From: an uncultured Opitutia bacterium
GTDB lineage: Bacteria > Verrucomicrobiota > Verrucomicrobiia > Opitutales > Opitutaceae
Assembly (NCBI GenBank): GCA_903820035.1
Contig: CAIJFT010000286.1
Location: 102-64,101, forward strand
Length of the DNA stretch: 64,000 nucleotides
Direction of reading: 5' to 3'
Position numbers and translations under genes: made by a program. This document shows, one piece after another, positions 1-8,697 of this stretch. The notes under the pieces were generated by a model. The model saw nothing but the letters and a program-made list of their open reading frames with translations, made no database searches and was not told where the DNA came from. Position 1 is the stretch's first letter; the number at the start of each line of letters is the position of its first letter.

Positions 1-1233
1 AGTCGGCGCACCATTCGCGCCCGTGCTGAACGCCCACTGCAAATCCCGCGTGTTGTCGTGGTAGTAACTGGTCTGGGCCGAGAGGGTGAGAACGGAACCG
101 GGGCGCACGCGCCAATCCGCCCGGATACTGAAGGCGTCGCGCTGGGTATGGCGGGGCGCCTCGTCGAGGGTGAAGCCGGAGAGAAACGGCCGCGCGATCG
201 AACCGCCGGTCCCGACGTTGGTGTTGTCATACGTCATCCGCGTGATGTTTTGCGGGACGAATTCCAGTGACGCCAAACCGGTGATGACAAAGCCCAGATT
301 TTTGTTCACCGGCAGGGTGTAGTCGAAATCGAAAGCCGGCAGGACGTTGTGGACCATCTTGTCGTCGGGGAAAGGCGTCTTGTGCAAGGTGAGCGCGTCG
401 CTGTTGGCGGCGAGGTAGAGCCGGTAGTTGAACTGGCTCTTGCTGCGCTCGAACGCGCTCTTGCTCACGATATTCACCGAACCGCCGAGCGAGTCCGCCG
501 GATTGGCCGGGGTCGGCACCTTGTAGAGCTCGATGCGCGACGCGTTGTTCATCGAGATCTGCTTGAACTGAAAATTCCGGCTCTGGCCCTGGCTCACCGA
601 GTTCGCCGCCTGGGCGCCGTCGACCGAAACCGCCGTCATGCTGCTGCCGATACCCCGGACCGACACGGAAATCGCCTCGCCGCTTTCGAGGTCAAGGGCG
701 AGGCCGGGCAGGTACTTCAGGAATTCGGCGATGTTGCCGCCGCTGATGTCGCCGAAGGCGTCGGCCGACACGACGTTCTTGATGTTGGCGGCGTGGCGCT
801 GCTCGTTGGTGGCGAGGGCCTCACCCTCGTTGAGCTTGGACGTCACCACCACGAACGGATCGAGCTTCACCGCCGCCTCGGCGGAGCCGTAGCGACCGCG
901 ATTGGTCAACCCGACGTCCCGCTCAAGGGTTTGGCCCGCCGTCGCGTTGAGGGAAATTTGCTCGGCGTCGAGACCGGTGTAGGAGACCTCCAGCACCATG
1001 GGCCCGCTCGGCGCCCGCGGGATGCGATACACGCCGTCCTGATCGGAGAAGACGACAACCTCGGTGCCCTTGACCGCGATGCGCGCGTTGCCGAGGTAGT
1101 TGCCCGTCGCGACATTTTGCACGCGGCCGGAGATCGCTGCGGTGGCGGGCGCCTGCGCGGAAAGCGACTGCGCCGCGGCCAGCAAACCGGCGACGAGAAA
1201 ACGGGAAATGAATGTAACGAGGCGGCGGTGCAT
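1..1233 (-). CDS. TonB-dependent receptor with N-terminal carboxypeptidase-regulatory-like domain (5' part; runs off window start)
   Basis: Not in the ORF track (no stop in window). Manual translation from ATG at 1233: MHRRLVTFISRFLVAGLLAAAQSLSAQAPATAAISGRVQNVATGNYLGNARIAVKG..., then plug signature GEALATNEQRHAANIKNVVSADAFGD...EFLKYLPG...RIELYKVPTPANPADSLGGSVN, matching the other three receptors here. Confidence 0.9.
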   Translation of the reverse strand, partial: MHRRLVTFISRFLVAGLLAAAQSLSAQAPATAAISGRVQNVATGNYLGNARIAVKGTEVVVFSDQDGVYRIPRAPSGPMVLEVSYTGLDAEQISLNATAGQTLERDVGLTNRGRYGSAEAAVKLDPFVVVTSKLNEGEALATNEQRHAANIKNVVSADAFGDISGGNIAEFLKYLPGLALDLESGEAISVSVRGIGSSMTAVSVDGAQAANSVSQGQSRNFQFKQISMNNASRIELYKVPTPANPADSLGGSVNIVSKSAFERSKSQFNYRLYLAANSDALTLHKTPFPDDKMVHNVLPAFDFDYTLPVNKNLGFVITGLASLEFVPQNITRMTYDNTNVGTGGSIARPFLSGFTLDEAPRHTQRDAFSIRADWRVRPGSVLTLSAQTSYYHDNTRDLQWAFSTGANGAPT

Positions 1234-1625
1234 GGTGATAACGGCGAGACGTCGAGCGCACGCAGGACGTTGCGCGGTGGTTCGACTTAGTGTGTTACGT
1301 TGCCGTGCCGGATTCCCGTGCTGGCGTCGGCGAACGCCAGCACGCGCCACAGGGCGGAGCGGTCCGCGCGGCTTCGATCCGCCGGCGCCTCTCCTGCACG
1401 GAGCGGCAGCCTCGGGTGCCGGGCGATCCTGCAACAGAAGAGGCCTGGATCTCTGGCCGCTGAAGTCGGTCCTCACCCAGCGCGAAAGCGGGGCAATGAC
1501 GCCGCGACGTTTTGCGATAGTAGGCGGATTGCTCGCGTGGCAAACCACGCGCACCGCCGCGGGTTTGCGCAACGGTCATGATCCTAGGTGGACGAGTGGG
1601 CTGCGCCCCGCCTCCCCTTCCCCGC

Positions 1626-3680
1626 CTAGTTGCGCAAACGCTCCAAGCCGGCCCGCGCCGCGGATAATTTCGGATCGAGGCTCAGCGCCCTCACGTAGTG
1701 CACCTCCGCCTCCGCTTTTGTCTCCGGCCAAAGTTCGAGCTGTCGGGCCAGAGTAAGATGAACGGTGGGATTATCGGGCAAAAGACGAGCCGCCTCCCTG
1801 TAATGCGCCAAGGCTTCCGCTTGCCGGGCCGGCAGGCTGACCAGCAGGTTCGCCAGATTATAATGCGCCTGGGCGAAATCGGGCCGGATGCGCAACGCCT
1901 CGAGATAATGGGACAGCGCGTCCGCCTGCCGCGCGGGCGTGCCGGCGAGCAGAACGGCGAGATTGTTGTGCGCCTCGGCATAATCGGGTTTGGCCCTGAT
2001 CGCCTCGGCATAATGCGCAATCGCCTCCTGCTGGCGGCCAGGGAGCGCACTCACGACGAGAGCCAGATTATATCGTATCTCCGGACTATGCGGTTTGAGC
2101 CGCAGGGCCTCGGCGTAATGCCCCAGTGCCTCCGCCTCCCGACCGGGCCAACGATCCAGCAGCGTGGCCAAATTATTGTGCACCTCGGCAAAGTCCGCCT
2201 TGAGCCGTAGCGCCGCGGTATAGTGAGCCTCCGCTTCGGCGTGCCGACCAGGCATCTTCGCCAACAGGAGGGCCAAATTATTGTGCGCGTCCGCAAAGTC
2301 AGGCTTAAGCCGCAAAGCCGCCGCATAATGCGCCAGCGCCTCGGCCTCGCCGCCGGGGATCTTGGCCATAATGAGCGCGAGATTGTTGTGCGCTTCCGCG
2401 TAGTCCGGCTTGAGCCGCAGCGCCTCGGTGAAGTGCAACCGTGCGTCCGCCTCCCGGCCGGGCGTCTCAACCAACCAGAGTCCAAGGTTGTTGTGCGCGA
2501 TCACCAGCGGAGACGCCGGCGACCATAGATTGTCCACCTGCCGGGACGTCGCGCCGACCACGTGCCAGGCCGGCACGAGCCATGCGATCGCAGCCAGGGC
2601 GGGGGCCACGTGATAATGGCGCCACCACGTCGTACGCGCCGCGATCATCCAGCCGAGCGGCACCACGGGAATCAGCAGCACCATCGAGCGGCTCATATCC
2701 AAAGCGGTAAACAACCCGACCAGGCCGGTGAGCACGACGCCGACTGCCAGCAGCCCGGATTCGATGCGCCGGGGCGCAGCGCCGGCGCACTTCGTTCCGA
2801 CCAGCGCCACTAACACCAAGAACCAACCGGCGTGCAGCCCCTCCCAAACGCCCAAGAGTCGCTGACCAACTGAAATCTGCCCGGAAAAAACAAACTGGTT
2901 CAGATACTGCCCCATCGTTTGGGAGCCCCCGGACCCACCCAGGTTCAGCCGGAGAAGGGTGTAGCCCAGCACCAGACAGGTCGGCGGCAGGGCCTGTTGT
3001 TTCAACCAACTCCAGCGCGAGGCCACCGTATTGGAATCGCCCATCCGGCGCACACAGAGCGCGAGCGGCAAACCGATGACAAAACGTTCGTCCACCCAAG
3101 GTGCCAACACGCAGGCGAGCCAAACGACCGGGCGAGGCCGGACAAAGGCCACCGCCAGCAACGCGAGCGCCAACCACGAGTCGTAATAACCCAACAAGCC
3201 CATCGAGGTGAAAAACGGCGCGCTGGCCCCGGCGATCACCCCGAGCCAGATCGCGTCGCCGGTCGGCCGCCCCGCGGCCCGGGCCTGATGGTAGGCCATC
3301 GCGACCAGCACCGTGACGAACACCCAACACCCGATCTGCGCGAGCCCGAGGATCACCCAGCCCGGCAATTTCAAAATCAGCCCCAAGGCCGGCACCAATA
3401 GCCGCCAGCGCACAATCTTGTGGTTCGCGTCATCGATTTCCGCGTTCAGGTCCCGCGCCTGCTGCAACACGTAGTAACCCCGCGCCGAATACGCGCTGAA
3501 AATCGCCTTATCGATCGCCGCATCCTGCGCGACACTGGTCACGTTCACCCTGGCGTCGCGCAACCCGTAATAGAACGCGGCCCAGTTGGGCGAAAACCGC
3601 ACCGTCAAGAGCGCGAAGGCCAAAAGCCCGAGCGCGATGATTCGCGTCGCCGGATGCCGAAGGCCTGCGGGAAAATTCAT
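1626..3680 (-). CDS. Polytopic membrane protein with C-terminal TPR array (GT-C/TMTC-like architecture)
   Basis: 684 aa from ATG 3680 (track ORF starts 3707). About 400 aa of hydrophobic segments with motifs YYDSW and WVDERF, followed by eight 35-aa TPR units. Confidence 0.8.
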   Translation of the reverse strand: MNFPAGLRHPATRIIALGLLAFALLTVRFSPNWAAFYYGLRDARVNVTSVAQDAAIDKAIFSAYSARGYYVLQQARDLNAEIDDANHKIVRWRLLVPALGLILKLPGWVILGLAQIGCWVFVTVLVAMAYHQARAAGRPTGDAIWLGVIAGASAPFFTSMGLLGYYDSWLALALLAVAFVRPRPVVWLACVLAPWVDERFVIGLPLALCVRRMGDSNTVASRWSWLKQQALPPTCLVLGYTLLRLNLGGSGGSQTMGQYLNQFVFSGQISVGQRLLGVWEGLHAGWFLVLVALVGTKCAGAAPRRIESGLLAVGVVLTGLVGLFTALDMSRSMVLLIPVVPLGWMIAARTTWWRHYHVAPALAAIAWLVPAWHVVGATSRQVDNLWSPASPLVIAHNNLGLWLVETPGREADARLHFTEALRLKPDYAEAHNNLALIMAKIPGGEAEALAHYAAALRLKPDFADAHNNLALLLAKMPGRHAEAEAHYTAALRLKADFAEVHNNLATLLDRWPGREAEALGHYAEALRLKPHSPEIRYNLALVVSALPGRQQEAIAHYAEAIRAKPDYAEAHNNLAVLLAGTPARQADALSHYLEALRIRPDFAQAHYNLANLLVSLPARQAEALAHYREAARLLPDNPTVHLTLARQLELWPETKAEAEVHYVRALSLDPKLSAARAGLERLRN
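1671..2510 (-). repeat. Eight tandem 105-nt coding repeats (35-aa TPR units)
   Basis: Units such as DYAEAHNNLALIMAKIPGGEAEALAHYAAALRLKP and DFADAHNNLALLLAKMPGRHAEAEAHYTAALRLKA; the DNA motif (a/g)ttgtgc recurs at about 2175, 2280 and 2385. Confidence 0.9.
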
Positions 3681-3826
3681 CCGGCGAAGAAAGAAGCCGG
3701 GGCGCAATCGGTCAATAGGGCGCCGACCCGGCGGGGCGCGCGGACACCCGGCTTGGCCTCGACCCGCCCGACTTCCAGGATTGAAACCTCGGCCCCGTCC
3801 ACGCCACCTTCGCCCCCCATTCCTCC

Positions 3827-4984
3827 ATGCTGCGCCGCTGCTTCGCTTCCCTGCCCGCTCTCGCCTCGACGTTTCTGATCTTGCTGACGTCCGCCGGCGC
3901 CGCGCCGGTCACCTTTGTCTTCACCTCCGATCTGCATTTCGGACTCACTCGCAGCTACTTTCGTGGTGCGGCCAACGTGGCGGCGACGGAAGTCAATGCG
4001 GCGCTCGCCGCTGCGATCAACCGCGTGCCGGCCGCGCGGTTTCCGGCCGACGCTGGACTGCGGGCCGCGCAATCGGTCGGCCCGCTGGACTTCGTCATGG
4101 TCACCGGCGACATTGCCAACCGGCAGGAAATGCTTCCGCTGCGCATCCAACCCGCCGCCGCTTCGTGGGCGCAGTTTGAAACGCACTTCGCGCAACGCCT
4201 CGCCGTGACCAACGCCGCCGGTGCGGCGACCCCGCTCCTGCTGGTGCCCGGCAACCACGACGCCTCCAACGCCATCGGCGCCCCCGTCCCGATGCTGCCG
4301 GCCACCGACGCCACCGCGATGGTGGCGATCTACAACCGCATGATGCGCCCCGCGGTGCCCAAGACGAATTCAGATTACCGGTACACCAGCGATCCGGTCC
4401 GCTATATCCGTGAATTCGGCGGCGTGCTGATCGTCGGCTGCACCATCTGGCCCGACAGCGCCACGCGGACCTGGCTGGAGGAAGTCCTCCGCGCCGCTCC
4501 CGCCACGCAACCCGTGCTGCTCTTTTGCCACGACCAACCCGACATCGAGGCCAAGCACCTGCGCAATCCCAACGGCGACCACGGCATCAACGCGAAGGAC
4601 AAGTTCGAGAACCTCGTCGCCGACACCCTGCACGAAGGCACCAGCACCGACGCGCCGACGACCGTCGAACAACGCGCGCTCGCGAACTTCTTCAAGCAGC
4701 ACCGCAACATCGTCGGCTACTTCCACGGCAACGCCAACTGGAACCAATTCTACACGTGGGAGGGTCCCGACCGCGACCTCGCCCTCGCCACCTTCCGCGC
4801 CGACTCCCCCATCAAGGGCCGCAACTCCGGCAAGGAAGAACCGCTGCTCTCATTTCAAGTGGTCACCTACGATCTGGAACTCGGGAAACTGACCGCCCGC
4901 GAATGCCGTTGGAACGCCACGCCCACCCAAGAACCGACCTTGCAGTGGGGCGAAAGCACCACGCGCAGCCTCCGGTTCAAATAG
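3827..4984 (+). CDS. Secreted calcineurin-like metallophosphoesterase
   Basis: Signal peptide; motifs DLHFG, GDIAN, GNHD, CHD and a variant final motif FHGNAN. Confidence 0.85.
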   Translation: MLRRCFASLPALASTFLILLTSAGAAPVTFVFTSDLHFGLTRSYFRGAANVAATEVNAALAAAINRVPAARFPADAGLRAAQSVGPLDFVMVTGDIANRQEMLPLRIQPAAASWAQFETHFAQRLAVTNAAGAATPLLLVPGNHDASNAIGAPVPMLPATDATAMVAIYNRMMRPAVPKTNSDYRYTSDPVRYIREFGGVLIVGCTIWPDSATRTWLEEVLRAAPATQPVLLFCHDQPDIEAKHLRNPNGDHGINAKDKFENLVADTLHEGTSTDAPTTVEQRALANFFKQHRNIVGYFHGNANWNQFYTWEGPDRDLALATFRADSPIKGRNSGKEEPLLSFQVVTYDLELGKLTARECRWNATPTQEPTLQWGESTTRSLRFK

Positions 4985-5677
4985 CGCGTACTCAACGCCG
5001 GCTGACACCGAGCCTCTCCCCTAGACTCTGCCGCGACGAATCCGCGGGACGGAAGCGCGCCCAGCGCCGCGACCCGTACCTTGAGGGTCCGGAATAACTT
5101 CAGTGCTTTCCGCGTTCTCGGCTTGGGGCAAAATATCAGAGAGAGCCGTGCCCGTCGCACGAAGGGGTTGGCGTTATATTCACTGAACGTCTGGTGGATT
5201 CCGCTTCCGATCCAGCGGCGGCTATTTCGTGCGCCAGGTACATGCGAGCAGTGAACGGGGAGCCACCTCCGCTCGTTCACAAATCCGCGGCGTCGGACCT
5301 CGTTCAAGCAATCAGGCCAATGACGCGAAAAACCCAAACTACAAAGCCACTGACAGCTTCGAGCCGAACTGAAATTCATCGTCCTCCGGGAGGACATTTT
5401 TGCGCCTTTTCGCGGCTGATTCTCGACCATCTGCGCGTTTTGGAAAAGCGGCCGCTTTCAATCCCCACTGGTGCTGCGTGGGCGCAGGTTTAACCGCAAA
5501 CTTCGCGAAGAGGGTGAGCGCTCAAACGGGACGGCCCAAACAGTCCCAACCCGCGCTTGCCATTCGAACATTCCCGGCTGAATTACCATTTTGGCGGTTA
5601 AGCTCGCCGCTCTTCCCCCTCTGCCACCCGGGTCGTTTGTCCACTCGCGCCGTTTTCCCCACCCTTCTCTCCCGACG

Positions 5678-6160
5678 ATGAAATACACGCTCAACCTCAA
5701 CGGCCAGTCCCGTACCGTAGACGTGCCGGCCGACACCCCGATGCTCTGGGTGCTGCGCGACCACCTCGATCTCCCTGGCACCAAATTCGGCTGCGGCGTC
5801 GGCCAATGCGGCGCCTGCACGATTCACCTTAACGGCGTGCCTACCCGCGCCTGCATGACGCCCGTCTCCACCGTCGGCCGCATGAAGGTCACCACGATCG
5901 AAGGCCTCGCCGCGAGCGCCACCGCGCTGCATCCGTTGCAGCAGGCGTGGACCGAACTCGACGTCGCGCAATGCGGCTACTGCCAAGCCGGCCAGATCAT
6001 GACCGCCGCCGCCCTGCTCAAGGACAACCCGAAGCCGACCGACGACGACATCGACGGCGCCATGGCCGGCAATTTGTGCCGTTGCGCCACCTACCAGCGC
6101 ATCCGCGAAGGCATCAAACGCGCCGCCGTCATCGCCGGCACCAAGGAGGCCGCCAAATGA
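5678..6160 (+). CDS. (2Fe-2S)-binding small subunit, IorA/CoxS-like (xanthine oxidase family)
   Basis: ATG 5678; [15 protein letters not shown] and QCGYCQAG...GNLCRCATY 2Fe-2S motifs; stop overlaps the next start (ATGA). Confidence 0.95.
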   Translation: MKYTLNLNGQSRTVDVPADTPMLWVLRDHLDLPGTKFGCGVGQCGACTIHLNGVPTRACMTPVSTVGRMKVTTIEGLAASATALHPLQQAWTELDVAQCGYCQAGQIMTAAALLKDNPKPTDDDIDGAMAGNLCRCATYQRIREGIKRAAVIAGTKEAAK

Positions 6161-8385
6161 ACACCCCCACGCTCTCCTCGCCCGTCAACCGCCGCGACTT
6201 CCTCAAACTCACCGGCCTCGCCGGCGGCGGGCTCGCGCTCGCGTTCTACATCCGCTCCGGCTCCGACGCCTCGGCCGCTACCGCGCCCGCCGACTTCACG
6301 CCCAACGCCTTTATCCGCATCACCCCCTCCGGCGCGGTCACGATCGTCTCGAAGCAACCCGAGATGGGTCAGGGCGTGAAAACGTCCCTGCCCATGATCA
6401 TCGCCGAGCAACTCGAGGTACCGTGGGAAGGCATCACGATCGAGCAGGCCGACTTCAACGAAAAGCTGTACGGCAATCAGAGCGCGGGCGGCAGCCGCTC
6501 CACCCCGAACAACTACGACAACTTCCACCTGGTCGGCGCCACCGCGCGCACCATGCTCGTCGCCGCCGCCGCCCAAACTTGGGGTGTGCCCGCGTCCGAG
6601 TGCCGCGCCGAAAAAGCGACGGTCGTCCATACCTCCGGCAAAAAACTCGGCTACGGCCAACTCGTCGCAAAGGCCGCCTCGCTGCCCGTGCCCGCCAAAG
6701 AGTCGGTCATGCTCAAGGACCCGAAGAACTACACGCTCCTCGGCCGGCGCATCGCCCAAATCGATACGCCCAAGATCGTCACCGGCCAGCCGCTGTTCGG
6801 CATCGATATGAAGCTACCCGGCATGCTCTACGCCGTGTACGAAAAGTGTCCGGCCTTCGGCGGTAAAGTCGTCAGCGCCAACCTCGATCTCATCAAGACG
6901 CTGCCCGGCGTCAAAGACGCCTTCATCCTCGAGGGCAACGGCAAGGTGAAGGAACTCGTGCCCGGCGTCGCCATCGTCGCCGACTCCACCTGGTCTGCGC
7001 TCAGCGCCCGCAAACAACTCAAGGTCACCTGGGATGAGGGCAAGGTCGTCAACGAGAGCTGGGACACCTTCGTCGCCGAGGCCCGCGCCAAGGCCGCCCA
7101 GCCGGGCCAACGCGTGCTGCGCAAGGACGGCGACGCCGACGCCGCGCTCGCGGCCGCCGCCAAGACCGTCACCGCGGAGTACGTGTATCCCTTTATCTCC
7201 CACGCCAACCTCGAGCCGCAGAACACCACGGCGCACTGGCACGACGGCGTGATGGAGATCTGGTCGCCCACCCAAATCCCGAGCATCGGTACCGGCATGG
7301 TGAACCGCGTCCTGGGCATCGCCCCCGAAAAGATCAAACTCCACCTCAACCGCGCGGGCGGCGGCTTCGGCCGGCGCATCGGGGCCGACTACCTCATCGA
7401 GGCCGCGGCCATCGCCATGAAGGTCAACGCCCCCGTGAAGCTCACGTGGACCCGCGAGGACGACCTCAAGCACGACCAGTACCGTCCCGGCGGCCTGCAC
7501 TTCCTCAAGGGCGGCGTCGACGCCGCCGGCAAGGTCGTCGCCTGGAAGAACCACTTCTTCACGTTCGGCGAAGGCGGCGCCCCCGGCAGCGGCGGCGCGC
7601 TGAGCGGCGATGAGTTCCCTGGCCGCTGGATCGCGAATTATCAGGCGGAGCAGACGATGTTTGAAACCGGCTGGCCGATGGGCCCCTGGCGCGCACCGGG
7701 CAGCTGCGTGTTCGCCTGGGTCATCCACAGCTTTATCGACGAACTCGCCCACGCGGCGGGACGCGACCCGTTGGAACTCCGGCTTGAGTTGCTTGGCACC
7801 CGCGACGAAATGCCCGCGGGCAGCAGCGGCGCAGCGAAGGGCAAACAGGGCGGCGGCTACAACGTCGCGCGCATGCGCAACGTCCTGAAGTTCACCGCGG
7901 AAAAGGCGGGTTGGGGCAAAAAGAAATTCGCCAAGGGCTCCGGTGCCGGCATCGCGTTTCACTTCAGCCACAGCGGTTACTTTGCGCAGATCGCCGAAGT
8001 CACCGTCAGCCGGGAAGGCCGGCTCAAAGTCGATCGCTTCATCACGGGCGGCGACATCGGGGCGCAGATCATCAACCCCAGCGGCGCAGAGAACCAAGTC
8101 GAAGGTTCCGTCATCGACGGCCTCGGCGTGCTCCTGACGCAGGAGTTGAACATCGAGCGCGGCCGGGTGGTGCAGAGCAACTTCAACGACTATCCGTTGA
8201 TCCGTATCACCGACGCGCCGGCGAAGATCGAGACGTACTTCCTCAAGACCGACTATCCGACCACCGGCCTCGGCGAGCCTGCCCTGCCAGCCGTCGCCCC
8301 CGCGATCTGCAACGCGATCTTCGCTGCCACCGGCAAACGCGTCCGCCAGATGCCGCTGACGCGCACGGATCTCCGCTGGACCTGA
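6157..8385 (+). CDS. Molybdopterin-binding large subunit, IorB-like aldehyde/isoquinoline oxidoreductase, Tat signal
   Basis: ATG 6157 after AAGGAGG; twin-arginine NRRDFLK; [20 protein letters not shown] and GLGEPALP motifs. Confidence 0.93.
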   Translation: MNTPTLSSPVNRRDFLKLTGLAGGGLALAFYIRSGSDASAATAPADFTPNAFIRITPSGAVTIVSKQPEMGQGVKTSLPMIIAEQLEVPWEGITIEQADFNEKLYGNQSAGGSRSTPNNYDNFHLVGATARTMLVAAAAQTWGVPASECRAEKATVVHTSGKKLGYGQLVAKAASLPVPAKESVMLKDPKNYTLLGRRIAQIDTPKIVTGQPLFGIDMKLPGMLYAVYEKCPAFGGKVVSANLDLIKTLPGVKDAFILEGNGKVKELVPGVAIVADSTWSALSARKQLKVTWDEGKVVNESWDTFVAEARAKAAQPGQRVLRKDGDADAALAAAAKTVTAEYVYPFISHANLEPQNTTAHWHDGVMEIWSPTQIPSIGTGMVNRVLGIAPEKIKLHLNRAGGGFGRRIGADYLIEAAAIAMKVNAPVKLTWTREDDLKHDQYRPGGLHFLKGGVDAAGKVVAWKNHFFTFGEGGAPGSGGALSGDEFPGRWIANYQAEQTMFETGWPMGPWRAPGSCVFAWVIHSFIDELAHAAGRDPLELRLELLGTRDEMPAGSSGAAKGKQGGGYNVARMRNVLKFTAEKAGWGKKKFAKGSGAGIAFHFSHSGYFAQIAEVTVSREGRLKVDRFITGGDIGAQIINPSGAENQVEGSVIDGLGVLLTQELNIERGRVVQSNFNDYPLIRITDAPAKIETYFLKTDYPTTGLGEPALPAVAPAICNAIFAATGKRVRQMPLTRTDLRWT

Positions 8386-8399
8386 GCTCCATTCCGTCT

Positions 8400-8423
8400 G
8401 TAGCCCTGCGCGTAAGCGCAGGG
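8400..8423. repeat. GTAG-type REP-like palindrome (family A)
   Basis: GTAG CCCTGCGC GTAA GCGCAGGG; related copies at 51671-51694, 51799-51822 (inverted) and a degenerate one at 32619-32641. Confidence 0.8.
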
Positions 8424-8517
8424 TCCAAGCCCTTCCCGACTTTAGCTGCACTCAGCCGCAGTGGTAGCTGCGCGGGCCAGAGAGTGGCAGCTGGTTGTTT
8501 TGCCCGAAGATGAGTCG

Positions 8518-8599
8518 CACGCGGAGCCGCGGAGATCGAGGGGGGCGCGGAGACTGGCTTGATGTTCGCCCCGCGCCCTCCGCGCCGCCGCGTGAACCC
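8518..8599. repeat. Inverted-repeat element of the CGCGGAG periodic family
   Basis: Left arm cacgcggagccgcggaga is identical to 10958-10975; right arm ctccgcgccgccgcgtgaaccct resembles 11018-11040. Confidence 0.8.
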
Positions 8600-8697
8600 T
8601 TGCATCGTTCCGCCCGAACAATCCGCGCAGCGACAATCCCGCTTTCTGCCGCAACCAATCCCCCCGCGCTGCGTATGGCTGACGCACCCCACCTGCC

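Noticed and set aside
349-1290. 313-aa plus-strand ORF
   Set aside because: Antisense shadow of the minus-strand TonB-dependent receptor, which has clear family motifs; typical of high-GC DNA.
1296-1341. GGGAATCCGG on the minus strand plus a hairpin upstream of a TBDR, suggesting a cobalamin riboswitch
   Set aside because: The following GTGxAAxTCC and GCCCCCGCxACTGT (B12-box) elements are not present; an Rfam RF00174 search would settle it.
1562-1637. TTGCGCAA palindromes at about 1565 and 1629 as a possible operator
   Set aside because: Only 8 bp, one copy lies inside a CDS end, and no cognate regulator is nearby.
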